DNA from: a virus
Taxonomy: Duplodnaviria; Caudoviricetes
Virus record (IMG/VR): IMGVR_UViG_3300040942_000041
Location: 1-38,007 of that record
Strand: one strand, 5' to 3'
Length of the DNA stretch: 38,007 nt
The notes under the pieces are model-generated. The model made no database searches. It saw nothing but the letters and a program-made list of their open reading frames with translations, and was not told the origin of the DNA. A program made the position numbers and the translations under genes. Numbering within the stretch: position 1 is the stretch's first letter; each line of letters opens with the position of its first letter. Shown here in pieces: positions 25,170 through 32,840 of the stretch.

Positions 25170-25267
25170 TGTCTATCGCTCCCATCGTAGTCGCAATCAG
25201 GATTGACGCAGTGCTTGAATCCGCAAGTGTATGCTATCATTTCTCTTCCACACTTTGGGCAGGTCAA
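25166..25267 (-). CDS. 33-aa zinc-ribbon microprotein (MTCPKCGREM...CVNPDC)
   Basis: TTGA and GTGA overlaps. Confidence 0.6.
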   Translation of the reverse strand: MTCPKCGREMIAYTCGFKHCVNPDCDYDGSDRQ

Positions 25268-25428
25268 TAGAGTCTCCCGCTTCCTTGGTCTATCTTCAGT
25301 TGGTTAGGGGTGCGCTCCACTATCTGACCCAACCTTCTTGCCAACGACTCGAAGTCGTCTGCAACCTCTACGCTGATGGGCATACAATGTCTTCCGTTGA
25401 GCCAGTAGTCTACGATGGGTCTAGTCAT
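25264..25428 (-). CDS. 54-aa hypothetical microprotein (MTRPIVDYWLNG...)
   Basis: Overlaps at both ends. Confidence 0.6.
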   Translation of the reverse strand: MTRPIVDYWLNGRHCMPISVEVADDFESLARRLGQIVERTPNQLKIDQGSGRLY

Positions 25429-25769
25429 TTTGGATGCGTCCTATTGTATTCTTTGATACATTCTCCACACATAAATACGTCCTTGTAATTGCCCTTTCCT
25501 ATAGGGATGCTAGTTCCCATGTGCGCTTTTCTGCCTAAGTGCTTAGTGCATTCCCACTCTATCAATCCATGCTCTCTGAGGAGTTGGGCATCATGGTCTG
25601 AAAGGTCTACCACACCTAGCCAATACCAACTGTCTTGGTCGTCACAAGTTGGGTAGTAGTCTCCGACTTTGAGGACTTTGCCTTGTCCCATCTTTAGAGC
25701 CTCTTCACTATTCACATAGATTGGCTCATAGTGAATCTGAGAGCCTACTTTGAACTTGTCGAACTTCAC
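25425..25769 (-). CDS. Hypothetical protein (MKFDKFKVG...) with C-terminal CxxH/CxxC
   Basis: GTGA-coupled start 25769. Confidence 0.65.
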   Translation of the reverse strand: MKFDKFKVGSQIHYEPIYVNSEEALKMGQGKVLKVGDYYPTCDDQDSWYWLGVVDLSDHDAQLLREHGLIEWECTKHLGRKAHMGTSIPIGKGNYKDVFMCGECIKEYNRTHPK

Positions 25770-25915
25770 TTTGGCTTCACTATCATTGTGCGTGGGAGTG
25801 GACGCTGATGCTTCCCATGTGTGATACAGTGTCGTGTGTGGTGTTTCACGCACCACGCCCTCTTGTGAGGACTCCGCATCTTACCCTTGACTCTTCCTTT
25901 TGGTTGTTCTGTCAC
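25766..25915 (-). CDS. 49-aa basic His/Cys microprotein (MTEQPKGRVKG...)
   Basis: GTGA overlaps at both ends. Confidence 0.55.
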   Translation of the reverse strand: MTEQPKGRVKGKMRSPHKRAWCVKHHTRHCITHGKHQRPLPRTMIVKPK

Positions 25916-26073
25916 TTGATTATCACCACATTGCTAGGCAATGGTGGGGTGTCGTCTATGTGACGACCACACTTTTGACATCTGTAGCATTCGATGGGTG
26001 GGTAGGTCAAGACTGTTGTATGGGTCATCCTTCCACCACACTTGCCGCACTGTATCTGCTCTTCGGCCATCAT
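25912..26073 (-). CDS. 53-aa zinc-ribbon microprotein (CGKCGG...YRCQKCG)
   Basis: Canonical zinc ribbon; overlaps at both ends. Confidence 0.7.
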   Translation of the reverse strand: MMAEEQIQCGKCGGRMTHTTVLTYPPIECYRCQKCGRHIDDTPPLPSNVVIIK

Positions 26074-26180
26074 TTGTCGAATGTCACCAGTTGCCTCAGT
26101 GCTTCCTGTGAGAACGGTGGCTTGGAATCAACCGCGACATCGTGCCATTCTCCATCCCAATACAGTTTGATGTATCTCAT
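26070..26180 (-). CDS. 36-aa microprotein (MRYIKLYWDGEWHDV...)
   Basis: ATGA overlaps at both ends. Confidence 0.6.
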   Translation of the reverse strand: MRYIKLYWDGEWHDVAVDSKPPFSQEALRQLVTFDK

Positions 26181-26305
26181 TCTACTTGTGACCTCTTAAC
26201 GTGGTTGTCACATATCACGAAGTCCAGTATCTTCCAGTGCATAGGGTCTTCCACATCGAAGACGAACCAACAGCCGCACATATACTCTAGACGGAAGCGT
26301 TTCAT
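26177..26305 (-). CDS. 42-aa microprotein (MKRFRLEYMCGC...CDNH)
   Basis: ATGA overlaps at both ends. Confidence 0.6.
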   Translation of the reverse strand: MKRFRLEYMCGCWFVFDVEDPMHWKILDFVICDNHVKRSQVE

Positions 26306-26472
26306 CTGAGTTGGCTCACGCTCGTTATCTTAACTAGGTCTGTCGGATGCTTGGTCTTAATTGAAGCGGTTGCCTCTTCGGGGCTGTTGGCCTCTATCAT
26401 CTCGCTAATCTTCGTGTAGGTGTCTGGCTTCGTGGCTTCTCCGATGAGATACGTTGTGCGATAAAGACCCAA
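26302..26472 (-). CDS. 56-aa microprotein (MGLYRTTY...IEANSPEEA)
   Basis: TTG directly after the upstream TAG; ATGA overlap downstream. Confidence 0.6.
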   Translation of the reverse strand: MGLYRTTYLIGEATKPDTYTKISEMIEANSPEEATASIKTKHPTDLVKITSVSQLR

Positions 26473-26604
26473 CTAATTTCCCCTTGTCTGGTCTTCCATG
26501 TCTTGGAACTCCCAACTGCACCACACGCACTCTTCTAGCGGTGTCGCTCCTAGAACGATGTGATTCTGGTCATGCTCTGCTTTCGTTGGGAAGACGTATG
26601 CCAT
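26473..26604 (-). CDS. 43-aa microprotein (MAYVFPTKAEH...CVWC)
   Basis: Preceded by CCTTATAAG...GGGTA promoter. Confidence 0.6.
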   Translation of the reverse strand: MAYVFPTKAEHDQNHIVLGATPLEECVWCSWEFQDMEDQTRGN

Positions 26605-26607
26605 ACC

Positions 26608-26832
26608 CTACCCCTTCCTATGACCCCTTATAAGGGTTGTGGCTTCCTTCTCGTCTAGAGCGTTGGCTATCGTGAGCAGTTCCTTCAGAAGTCTCTCTCG
26701 GAACGCAGATGGCAGTTCATTGAAGACGCTCCATTGCTCTACCTTATAGCCTTTATCGTATCCTGCCATGACCCATTCGTAGAGTTTCTGGGTGTCGTCC
26801 TTATCCCGAATCTTGATTATGATGTAGGGCAT
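26608..26832 (-). CDS. Hypothetical protein
   Basis: ORF in co-oriented run. Confidence 0.65.
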   Translation of the reverse strand: MPYIIIKIRDKDDTQKLYEWVMAGYDKGYKVEQWSVFNELPSAFRERLLKELLTIANALDEKEATTLIRGHRKG

Positions 26833-26841
26833 TCTCTCAAC

Positions 26842-27069
26842 TCAATGTGGGCTGTAGTCGTGGTATTCGTTGTAAGGTGGATAACGTGAGTAGACTATCT
26901 GAGGCACAGGTGGATAGACCTTTGGTTCGACCCTTACCAATGTCCATCCGTTCTTCTCGGCTATCTTCTTTGCCGCTTTGTAAGCGGTCTCCAAGTCGAA
27001 AGCATTGTAAGATGGCAACTCTTCTTTGAGAATTGCCTTTCCATCCCTGTAGGTTGCGATGTAGGTCAT
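26842..27069 (-). CDS. Hypothetical protein
   Basis: ATGA-coupled ORF. Confidence 0.65.
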   Translation of the reverse strand: MTYIATYRDGKAILKEELPSYNAFDLETAYKAAKKIAEKNGWTLVRVEPKVYPPVPQIVYSRYPPYNEYHDYSPH

Positions 27070-27206
27070 GCTATCTCCAACCCCGATTCTAGAGCCGCGA
27101 TAACCGAGTCAATGTCTGCTATCTTGTAGTAGGCCCATTCCCCGTAGTCTCCTAACTCAGTATATCGGGCCTTTCGTAGAAGTTGTGCGAGTTCTGCTTT
27201 GCTCAT
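27066..27206 (-). CDS. 46-aa microprotein (MSKAELAQLLRK...)
   Basis: ATGA overlaps at both ends. Confidence 0.6.
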   Translation of the reverse strand: MSKAELAQLLRKARYTELGDYGEWAYYKIADIDSVIAALESGLEIA

Positions 27207-27349
27207 AGTCCTACTAGCCTCTTGTTCTCTTCACGTTGCTTCCATCTGAGAAGGTCTGCAAGGTCTCGCTCCATCCTTCCCATCTCTGTAGAGTGTTGCT
27301 TCACTATCATCTCCAAGTAGTAGATGCGCTCTTCTGTTGTGGCTGTCAT
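27203..27349 (-). CDS. 48-aa coiled-coil microprotein (MTATTEERIYYLE...)
   Basis: Start 27349 immediately after the upstream stop. Confidence 0.6.
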   Translation of the reverse strand: MTATTEERIYYLEMIVKQHSTEMGRMERDLADLLRWKQREENKRLVGL

Positions 27350-27350
27350 G

Positions 27351-27629
27351 CTATCTCCCCACATGGCATGGGCCATCGTTCTCATGCTCATCCCAACATC
27401 GAGTGCAGAGATATTGGCCGCAACCTTCGCACCACTTCTCCTTGAGACAACCATCGTCACAGTTAGAGCATAGTTCTCCGTTGTAGAATCGCTCTCCTAG
27501 TATCTCAGGGCTTAGTGGCTCTTGGCAGTTCGGCAGGGCTATGCTTGTCTTACTCATGCCAGCCCCTTTCTCCTGACCCTTTATAAAGGTATTGACCATT
27601 CTATCAATTCGCTCTTCTTGGTCGCTCAT
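27351..27629 (-). CDS. Cys-rich zinc-finger protein
   Basis: CSNC...CEGC...CTRC..EH; start 27629 (MSDQEER) or internal ATG 27557 behind a TTTATAA box. Confidence 0.65.
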   Translation of the reverse strand: MSDQEERIDRMVNTFIKGQEKGAGMSKTSIALPNCQEPLSPEILGERFYNGELCSNCDDGCLKEKWCEGCGQYLCTRCWDEHENDGPCHVGR

Positions 27630-27748
27630 GGGTATGCCACCCACTTCGCTATCATGTAGTGGTCTGACCAACTTACGAACCACCAATTCTGAGTCCTCAT
27701 CTTTATGTGCGCGAAGGACTTGCATCGTCTTGTCAGGTCAGATGTCAT
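27626..27748 (-). CDS. 40-aa possible microprotein (MTSDLTRRCK...)
   Basis: ATGA overlap with the next gene only. Confidence 0.35.
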   Translation of the reverse strand: MTSDLTRRCKSFAHIKMRTQNWWFVSWSDHYMIAKWVAYP

Positions 27749-27807
27749 GGTAGTTTCACCGAGCATCCGATTGATTTCATGCGCTCATGAAGTGGTTGGT
27801 CTCTCCA

Positions 27808-28038
27808 CTAACGTAGACTCTCATTGCACTTTTCACATGGCTTGCCACCATGCTTTATGTGCCAACATTTTGTGCAGGTGTTAGGATAAGCGGCACTTCG
27901 GTCTATCTTGAAGTTGCTTCCGCATTTGGCACACTTCAATGTGCCATGCCAATAGGTGCGCCAAGAGCCACAATTAGGACAAGGGATAGGAATCTGGTCG
28001 GGCTGGCGTGGGTCGGTAGGCATCGTCTTCAGACTCAT
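27808..28038 (-). CDS. Double zinc-ribbon protein
   Basis: CPNC, CAKC, CTKC..H, CEKC. Confidence 0.7.
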   Translation of the reverse strand: MSLKTMPTDPRQPDQIPIPCPNCGSWRTYWHGTLKCAKCGSNFKIDRSAAYPNTCTKCWHIKHGGKPCEKCNESLR

Positions 28039-28382
28039 TGTCTGTGTCTCCTAGACTCAACGGCCAGTATAAGGTTCTCAAGTCCTGATGGCTCGGCAAT
28101 CTCCAACTGTCTCATTCTGTCTTTCATGCGACACTTTTGATGGAAGAAGTGAACCGAAGTAAAGTTGTCTAGACAATCGCTTGCCTTGTGGAGTCCCATT
28201 TCCTCTAAGAGTAAGTGGGTCTTTTCGTGGCTGATGTAGTTCGTCATAATCTGGACGGTAGCATAGCCAAGGTAGGAATGCCAGCGTGAGGACGGAAAGA
28301 AGTAGGCGAATACCTTGCCCCTCTTCCTAGTTCCCATGTTGGGAATCTCGTCTCCAAGTTCTGTAGAGACCTTAAGTTTCAT
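28035..28382 (-). CDS. Hypothetical protein, possible zincin-like motif variant
   Basis: ISHEKTHLLL (HExxH); coupled ORF. Confidence 0.6.
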   Translation of the reverse strand: MKLKVSTELGDEIPNMGTRKRGKVFAYFFPSSRWHSYLGYATVQIMTNYISHEKTHLLLEEMGLHKASDCLDNFTSVHFFHQKCRMKDRMRQLEIAEPSGLENLILAVESRRHRQ

Positions 28383-28537
28383 GCTGGAACCGCGACTCCC
28401 TCTACGAACTCGCTCTGAATCTTCACGACCTCATGGTTCCTGTGCTTGAGCGTCCAGTCAATGGCCTCTTGTGAGTTGGAGCCGTCACCGTAGTAGGGAA
28501 CGTAGGCCAAGTCCTTGAGACAAAGGTAGAGCGTCAT
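28379..28537 (-). CDS. 52-aa microprotein (MTLYLCLKD...)
   Basis: ATGA overlaps at both ends. Confidence 0.6.
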   Translation of the reverse strand: MTLYLCLKDLAYVPYYGDGSNSQEAIDWTLKHRNHEVVKIQSEFVEGVAVPA

Positions 28538-28728
28538 TCAGATACCTCATGTGTGAAGGACAGATGCAGTGGCCAGTCTCCTCTTGGGTCAACCAGTTTG
28601 GAGTGCTTGAGACAGAGTTGAATTGTGAGCGACCCATTCTTCCAGTCTCTCGTCATGATTATGACTTTGCAATCGGGGCAATCCTTATAGATGAACTGGT
28701 CTTTCCCTTCGAGAGTAAGTTGCTTCAT
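28534..28728 (-). CDS. Small protein with N-terminal QLTL motif and CxxC/CxxH
   Basis: MKQLTLEG; CPDC...CLKH. Confidence 0.65.
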   Translation of the reverse strand: MKQLTLEGKDQFIYKDCPDCKVIIMTRDWKNGSLTIQLCLKHSKLVDPRGDWPLHLSFTHEVSE

Positions 28729-29129
28729 ATTAATGTGAGCCTCATGGTTAGAACGGGTTTCCCTGTCTTGCTAGTCCCTAGTCTCACGACTTGGTATCCG
28801 AACTTGTTCAGCATTCCGATTGAAGGATGGTTCGAGACTCCCACCTTGGTCTGAAGGAACTTGAAGCCATGCTCCTTGGCCCACTGAATCTTTGCGTTCA
28901 AGAGAAGGGACGCTATCCCTGACCCACGACAATCGTGGTCTACCACTGTGATGGAATACTTGCTGTCCTTGCTCATGGCCGAGTATCCGACTATCTTCCC
29001 GTTCCTCTCTTCGATGAACCCGACCCGCACCCTTGAGCATTTCTTTGGGATGCCCAGAATGTGTCGGTCTCCGTTGGCTGTAATGAAGTCCACTATTGCT
29101 TGGTAGTCGGCAGGGGTGTAGAGTCTCAT
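28725..29129 (-). CDS. GNAT-family acetyltransferase
   Basis: VVDHDCRGSGIASLLL (acetyl-CoA motif A), N.PSI.ML.KFGY (motif B). Confidence 0.88.
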   Translation of the reverse strand: MRLYTPADYQAIVDFITANGDRHILGIPKKCSRVRVGFIEERNGKIVGYSAMSKDSKYSITVVDHDCRGSGIASLLLNAKIQWAKEHGFKFLQTKVGVSNHPSIGMLNKFGYQVVRLGTSKTGKPVLTMRLTLI

Positions 29130-29308
29130 GTGCAGTAGTCCCTCAAGTATCCTTGTAAGAACAGGGTTAGGTCGTCCTTCGTTGCCCAGACTGTGAGTGT
29201 GTTGCCCTCTCGAAACATCTCACTGAAGACGTTCTTCAAGGCATCGAATGTCTCTTCGGCTTGCTCTGCCTCAGAGAAGACCACTTGAACCTTAAGACGA
29301 CCTATCAT
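29126..29308 (-). CDS. Hypothetical protein
   Basis: Coupled ORF. Confidence 0.6.
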   Translation of the reverse strand: MIGRLKVQVVFSEAEQAEETFDALKNVFSEMFREGNTLTVWATKDDLTLFLQGYLRDYCT

Positions 29309-29309
29309 G

Positions 29310-29474
29310 CTACATTCTATCCCATTCAGGATTCCAAGTGTCGTGATGTCTAAGGTCGTGCTGAATCAAGACAGGACTCTTCCTATATGGACAACCTATC
29401 AAGTGTCTAGGGTCTTCATTGGATGAGACCAAGGCTTGGCAAGTATCGCATCTGTAGTCTTGATGAACTCCCAT
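29310..29474 (-). CDS. Small Cys/His protein (MGVHQDYRCDTC...H..GC)
   Basis: ATG 29474 one base after the upstream TAG. Confidence 0.55.
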   Translation of the reverse strand: MGVHQDYRCDTCQALVSSNEDPRHLIGCPYRKSPVLIQHDLRHHDTWNPEWDRM

Positions 29475-29475
29475 G

Positions 29476-29661
29476 CTAATCACACGAATGGGCATCTATC
29501 TCGGCTTGGATTCCACGATTGAATGCTTCATCCGACAAGTCGTCTAACAACCTCTTGAACTCTTCCCTCAAGTTGTCGCTATTCTCTCTGAAGATAATCG
29601 TTCTACCAACTTCGGTGACTTGGTTTATCAAGGCATCCAACTTGTCTCTGGTCTCGGTCAT
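29476..29661 (-). CDS. Hypothetical helical protein
   Basis: ATGA-coupled. Confidence 0.65.
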   Translation of the reverse strand: MTETRDKLDALINQVTEVGRTIIFRENSDNLREEFKRLLDDLSDEAFNRGIQAEIDAHSCD

Positions 29662-29885
29662 GATTCCAACCCTCTCTCGCGCCCCTTCTTAAAGGTTGTT
29701 GCCGTTCTCATGGCCTCTGTCCATCGAACTAGGGTGTGGCCATTGACCTTGCTTCCGCAGACGAAGAGCATACGGAGTAAGCCTCTTGGCTTCCAATAGC
29801 CCTTACTCAGCCAGTGATGGAACCACGCTCTGATGTGTGAGTTGGTTCGGAAATTACAGTGGATGCAATAGTAGCGGGGCATCAT
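29658..29885 (-). CDS. Small C2H2-like zinc-finger protein
   Basis: YYCIHCNF.......WFHH. Confidence 0.6.
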   Translation of the reverse strand: MMPRYYCIHCNFRTNSHIRAWFHHWLSKGYWKPRGLLRMLFVCGSKVNGHTLVRWTEAMRTATTFKKGRERGLES

Positions 29886-30937
29886 TTGATTAGGTTCTCC
29901 CTTGCGCTTTCATCATCGAAGTTGTGGAAGGAAGTCGCGTGTCCGAAGTAGTCGAACCCGTTCTTGAAGATTCTGCCGCAATAGCCGCATCCGACTGCAT
30001 CTGGCTCACGCCTAGTGCGATACTCACTTCTCACATAGTCTTGGAGACGGTCTCTGTATTGCTCGTCATCTTCCTCTTCCTCTCTGTAAATGCGGTCAAT
30101 CATGTCTCCATTGTGCGTCTCTGATGGTGGTCTTGCTGTGTCTGATATTGGTCTTGTTATGTAGTCTCTGTCTGGGTCTGAGCCAACGAATGTAGGTATC
30201 GGTGGTCTGTAGTCTGGCGCGGTGTCTCTCACGCGCTCATGTGTGGTGTCTGTTATCGCTTCTGCATTGTCGTGAAGCATATGATTGAATCTCTTTCTGT
30301 CTACATGGGCCTCTAAGTATCCCAAGTTCTCGAAGACCACGTTGCAGATTGAGCAACCCACGACTTGGCTTACGTCCATCCCTGTTGGCATTCTCTCTTC
30401 CGGTGGCAACGCCCTGACTCTAGCAATGAACATCTCGAAGTTGTGTGTCCGTGTGTTGTGAGTCTCGGCTGTTCTCCAATTCTCATAACGCCATCGAGTC
30501 GTGCCTCTGTCTGGCGTATTGTGAATCTGTCGGGCCATGCTGTAGAGTCTGTTAGCAACCCTGACCTTCCAGACTATGAACGGCTCGTCTGGTCTTCGGG
30601 CCTTGTCGTTCTCTGTTAATGCGGTCTCAGCCATCGTCATCTCGGTCTCTTCCTCTTCGTCCACCTCAACTCTTGAGGGTCGAATCAGATAACCAAGGCC
30701 AAGGCATCGTTGGTTTCCACTACACCGACAAGCGTTATGTTCCCAATAGCGGCACGTTGGTTCGTAGCACACACATTGGATTTGGAGATTCAGATTGTTA
30801 ACTGTCTCAGAAAGTTCCATTGACATCCTCTCATTAGTTGCGGTGTCTCGCTCTGCCATGCCTTTCACTAGGGTCTCATGAAGGAGTTCGATTTCCTTCA
30901 CGGCACACTGCATCGAAATGTCTAGTCTAAGCGGCAT
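29882..30937 (-). CDS. Protein with two C2H2-like zinc fingers and an N-terminal Cys cluster
   Basis: VGCSIC..F.....LEAH...H and VGCGYC..F.....FGH...H. Confidence 0.75.
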   Translation of the reverse strand: MPLRLDISMQCAVKEIELLHETLVKGMAERDTATNERMSMELSETVNNLNLQIQCVCYEPTCRYWEHNACRCSGNQRCLGLGYLIRPSRVEVDEEEETEMTMAETALTENDKARRPDEPFIVWKVRVANRLYSMARQIHNTPDRGTTRWRYENWRTAETHNTRTHNFEMFIARVRALPPEERMPTGMDVSQVVGCSICNVVFENLGYLEAHVDRKRFNHMLHDNAEAITDTTHERVRDTAPDYRPPIPTFVGSDPDRDYITRPISDTARPPSETHNGDMIDRIYREEEEDDEQYRDRLQDYVRSEYRTRREPDAVGCGYCGRIFKNGFDYFGHATSFHNFDDESARENLIK

Positions 30938-30940
30938 GGT

Positions 30941-31399
30941 CTATCTCTGGGTCTCCGTTGATGCTAGGTAGTCCTCAAAGGCATGGGAGTCAAACCCTAT
31001 CCCCTGATGTCTAGGGTCTGGTTCATGGCTCTCAGTGCGGCTGAACCCTTCGCCTATCTTGAAGACCTTATTGCCCCGATGTCCGATAACCTCTAAGTTC
31101 TTACAACTCAAGGCTGGCCTAGTTGTGGATTCCCAATCTACGCAAGTGCAGAAGCGGGTTCCATCGCTGTCTGACTCTACGAATGGGCAACGGTCATCAT
31201 GGCATTTGCAGACTATCTCAAGTTCCTTTGTCTTCTCAAGCATCTTCCTCACTGTCCATTGCTGAATCTTCGAGCCAGCAAGTCTGACCATCTCAATGAG
31301 ACGTTGCGCTTCCATGACTCTGCAAGGCAATGAAGTCGTCTTGACCTTCATCTTCTTGTAGTTGGTGATGGCTCTAGTCGCTGGATGGATTATTGTCAT
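30941..31399 (-). CDS. Cys-cluster hypothetical protein
   Basis: CKC....CPF...CTC...C; ATGA-coupled to the ATP-grasp gene. Confidence 0.7.
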   Translation of the reverse strand: MTIIHPATRAITNYKKMKVKTTSLPCRVMEAQRLIEMVRLAGSKIQQWTVRKMLEKTKELEIVCKCHDDRCPFVESDSDGTRFCTCVDWESTTRPALSCKNLEVIGHRGNKVFKIGEGFSRTESHEPDPRHQGIGFDSHAFEDYLASTETQR

Positions 31400-32175
31400 G
31401 CTAGGCTTTCAACCCATCTCTTGAAGTTCTTGGCGTAGCGATTGGTATCCTTGAGTTTCGGTGAAGTGTTTGCTTCGAGAATGTAAGCCTTGTCTCCTAC
31501 CATGATTAGGTCTACGGCTCCGAAGTCCAGACCTAGAGCCTTGCAAGCCTTTACCGATTCGACTACCATCTCCTTGTAGTTCGGAACGGCCTCTTCCCTT
31601 TCCTCTCTCGCGTAGTAGACCAACTCCCACCCGTTCTCGAAGTTCCAGATAACAGGGTTCGGATTCTCTGCTGGCTTCTTCTCTGCTAGTCCGATACACT
31701 GGCCTTGGAAGATGTGAAGTCTGAACTCTCTATCCTTCTCCAAGAACTGGACGTAATATCCGCTTCTCCTTTCGCGGGGTAGGCTGTCCGTTGGTCTTAG
31801 GCGAAGGATGTCTTGGCCTTGAATGTGGTGCTTGCGTCTCCGAAGGAAGTCGCAACCCAACTCACGACACTTGGCCTTGGCTGTCTCGAAGTCGTTCCAG
31901 AATAGGGGTGCGCTGACTCCTGCCTCTAAGAACTTGGCGTGTGCCTTGTCCTTATGGAGATTGCCATTGATGGCTCTGGCTGGATTCAAGACTGCCTTGG
32001 CTCCCTCATCCAACTCTGGGAATCTAGTTGAACCCCACCGAATCACAACGTATTCCTCTCTTGGTCTGCTCGTTGGATTCCTCACAACCTCTAGCCCGTC
32101 CTCTTCGAGCCTCTTGATAATCCGTTCCGGTGTCTCGGATTTACTCACACCGCAGTCAATGAAGACGACTATCAT
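31396..32175 (-). CDS. ATP-grasp peptide ligase (RimK/YheCD-related viral type)
   Basis: IRWGS, VLNP, QFLEKDREFRLH, ALGLDFGAVDLI, YILEANTSP; start MIVVF 32175. Confidence 0.9.
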   Translation of the reverse strand: MIVVFIDCGVSKSETPERIIKRLEEDGLEVVRNPTSRPREEYVVIRWGSTRFPELDEGAKAVLNPARAINGNLHKDKAHAKFLEAGVSAPLFWNDFETAKAKCRELGCDFLRRRKHHIQGQDILRLRPTDSLPRERRSGYYVQFLEKDREFRLHIFQGQCIGLAEKKPAENPNPVIWNFENGWELVYYAREEREEAVPNYKEMVVESVKACKALGLDFGAVDLIMVGDKAYILEANTSPKLKDTNRYAKNFKRWVESLA

Positions 32176-32176
32176 T

Positions 32177-32839
32177 TTAGTAGTATCCCCTTTCGTGCCA
32201 AGCCTTGGCAATATCGCTCAAGTCTACGGAGTTGTCGTCTTGTTTTGCGGCTCCCGCAGGAACCTCTTTTGGGTCGAGAAGCACCGTCCCGTCTTCGTCT
32301 GCCATCTCTTCCTTGTCGCTCTTGTCTGGAAGTGCTTTCTTCTTTGGCTCGTATTTCTGTGTGATTGGATTCCATTCGGTCTTCTCCTCTTCAGGTGTCC
32401 CTTCCTTCTTAGGAACGAAGGCAACGATTGGCTCAGTGAGAGGGTCATTCGAGTCCTTCACTTCTACCCTCTCCTTGGCATCCGCTTCGCCTTTCAGAAT
32501 CCTGATGGGGAATCCGTTCTCAATAAGGGTCTCTGGTTCCATCGCTCCTTTAGAAGGTGGCTGACCCGTAGATGCTTCCACTAAGGCATTCATGAATTGG
32601 GTGAAGGTCACATAAGAGCCAGACCTGTCGTTCAGTTCAAACTCTGTGAAGTTCGGAAGCCAGACCTTCAACTTGTAGTCGTTGCCATAACCTGATTTTC
32701 TGGGTGTGACTTCGACCCGCATCACGGCTCCCGCTATCCTAATCTTCTGGTCATTCTCCTTGAGTTTGATGCCCTTCGAGATTTTACTCTCGTCTTGGCC
32801 CGTCTTCCTTATCGGAATGTGGTCTGAGTTGTAGGACAA
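32177..32839 (-). CDS. Hypothetical protein with acidic disordered C-terminal half
   Basis: TTG start; embedded between GATase and ATP-grasp genes. Confidence 0.75.
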   Translation of the reverse strand: MSYNSDHIPIRKTGQDESKISKGIKLKENDQKIRIAGAVMRVEVTPRKSGYGNDYKLKVWLPNFTEFELNDRSGSYVTFTQFMNALVEASTGQPPSKGAMEPETLIENGFPIRILKGEADAKERVEVKDSNDPLTEPIVAFVPKKEGTPEEEKTEWNPITQKYEPKKKALPDKSDKEEMADEDGTVLLDPKEVPAGAAKQDDNSVDLSDIAKAWHERGYY

Positions 32840-32840
32840 T

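Noticed and set aside
27777-27790. Short inverted repeat TCATG-N4-CATGA in the 27749-27807 gap
   Set aside because: Only 5 bp per arm; expected by chance
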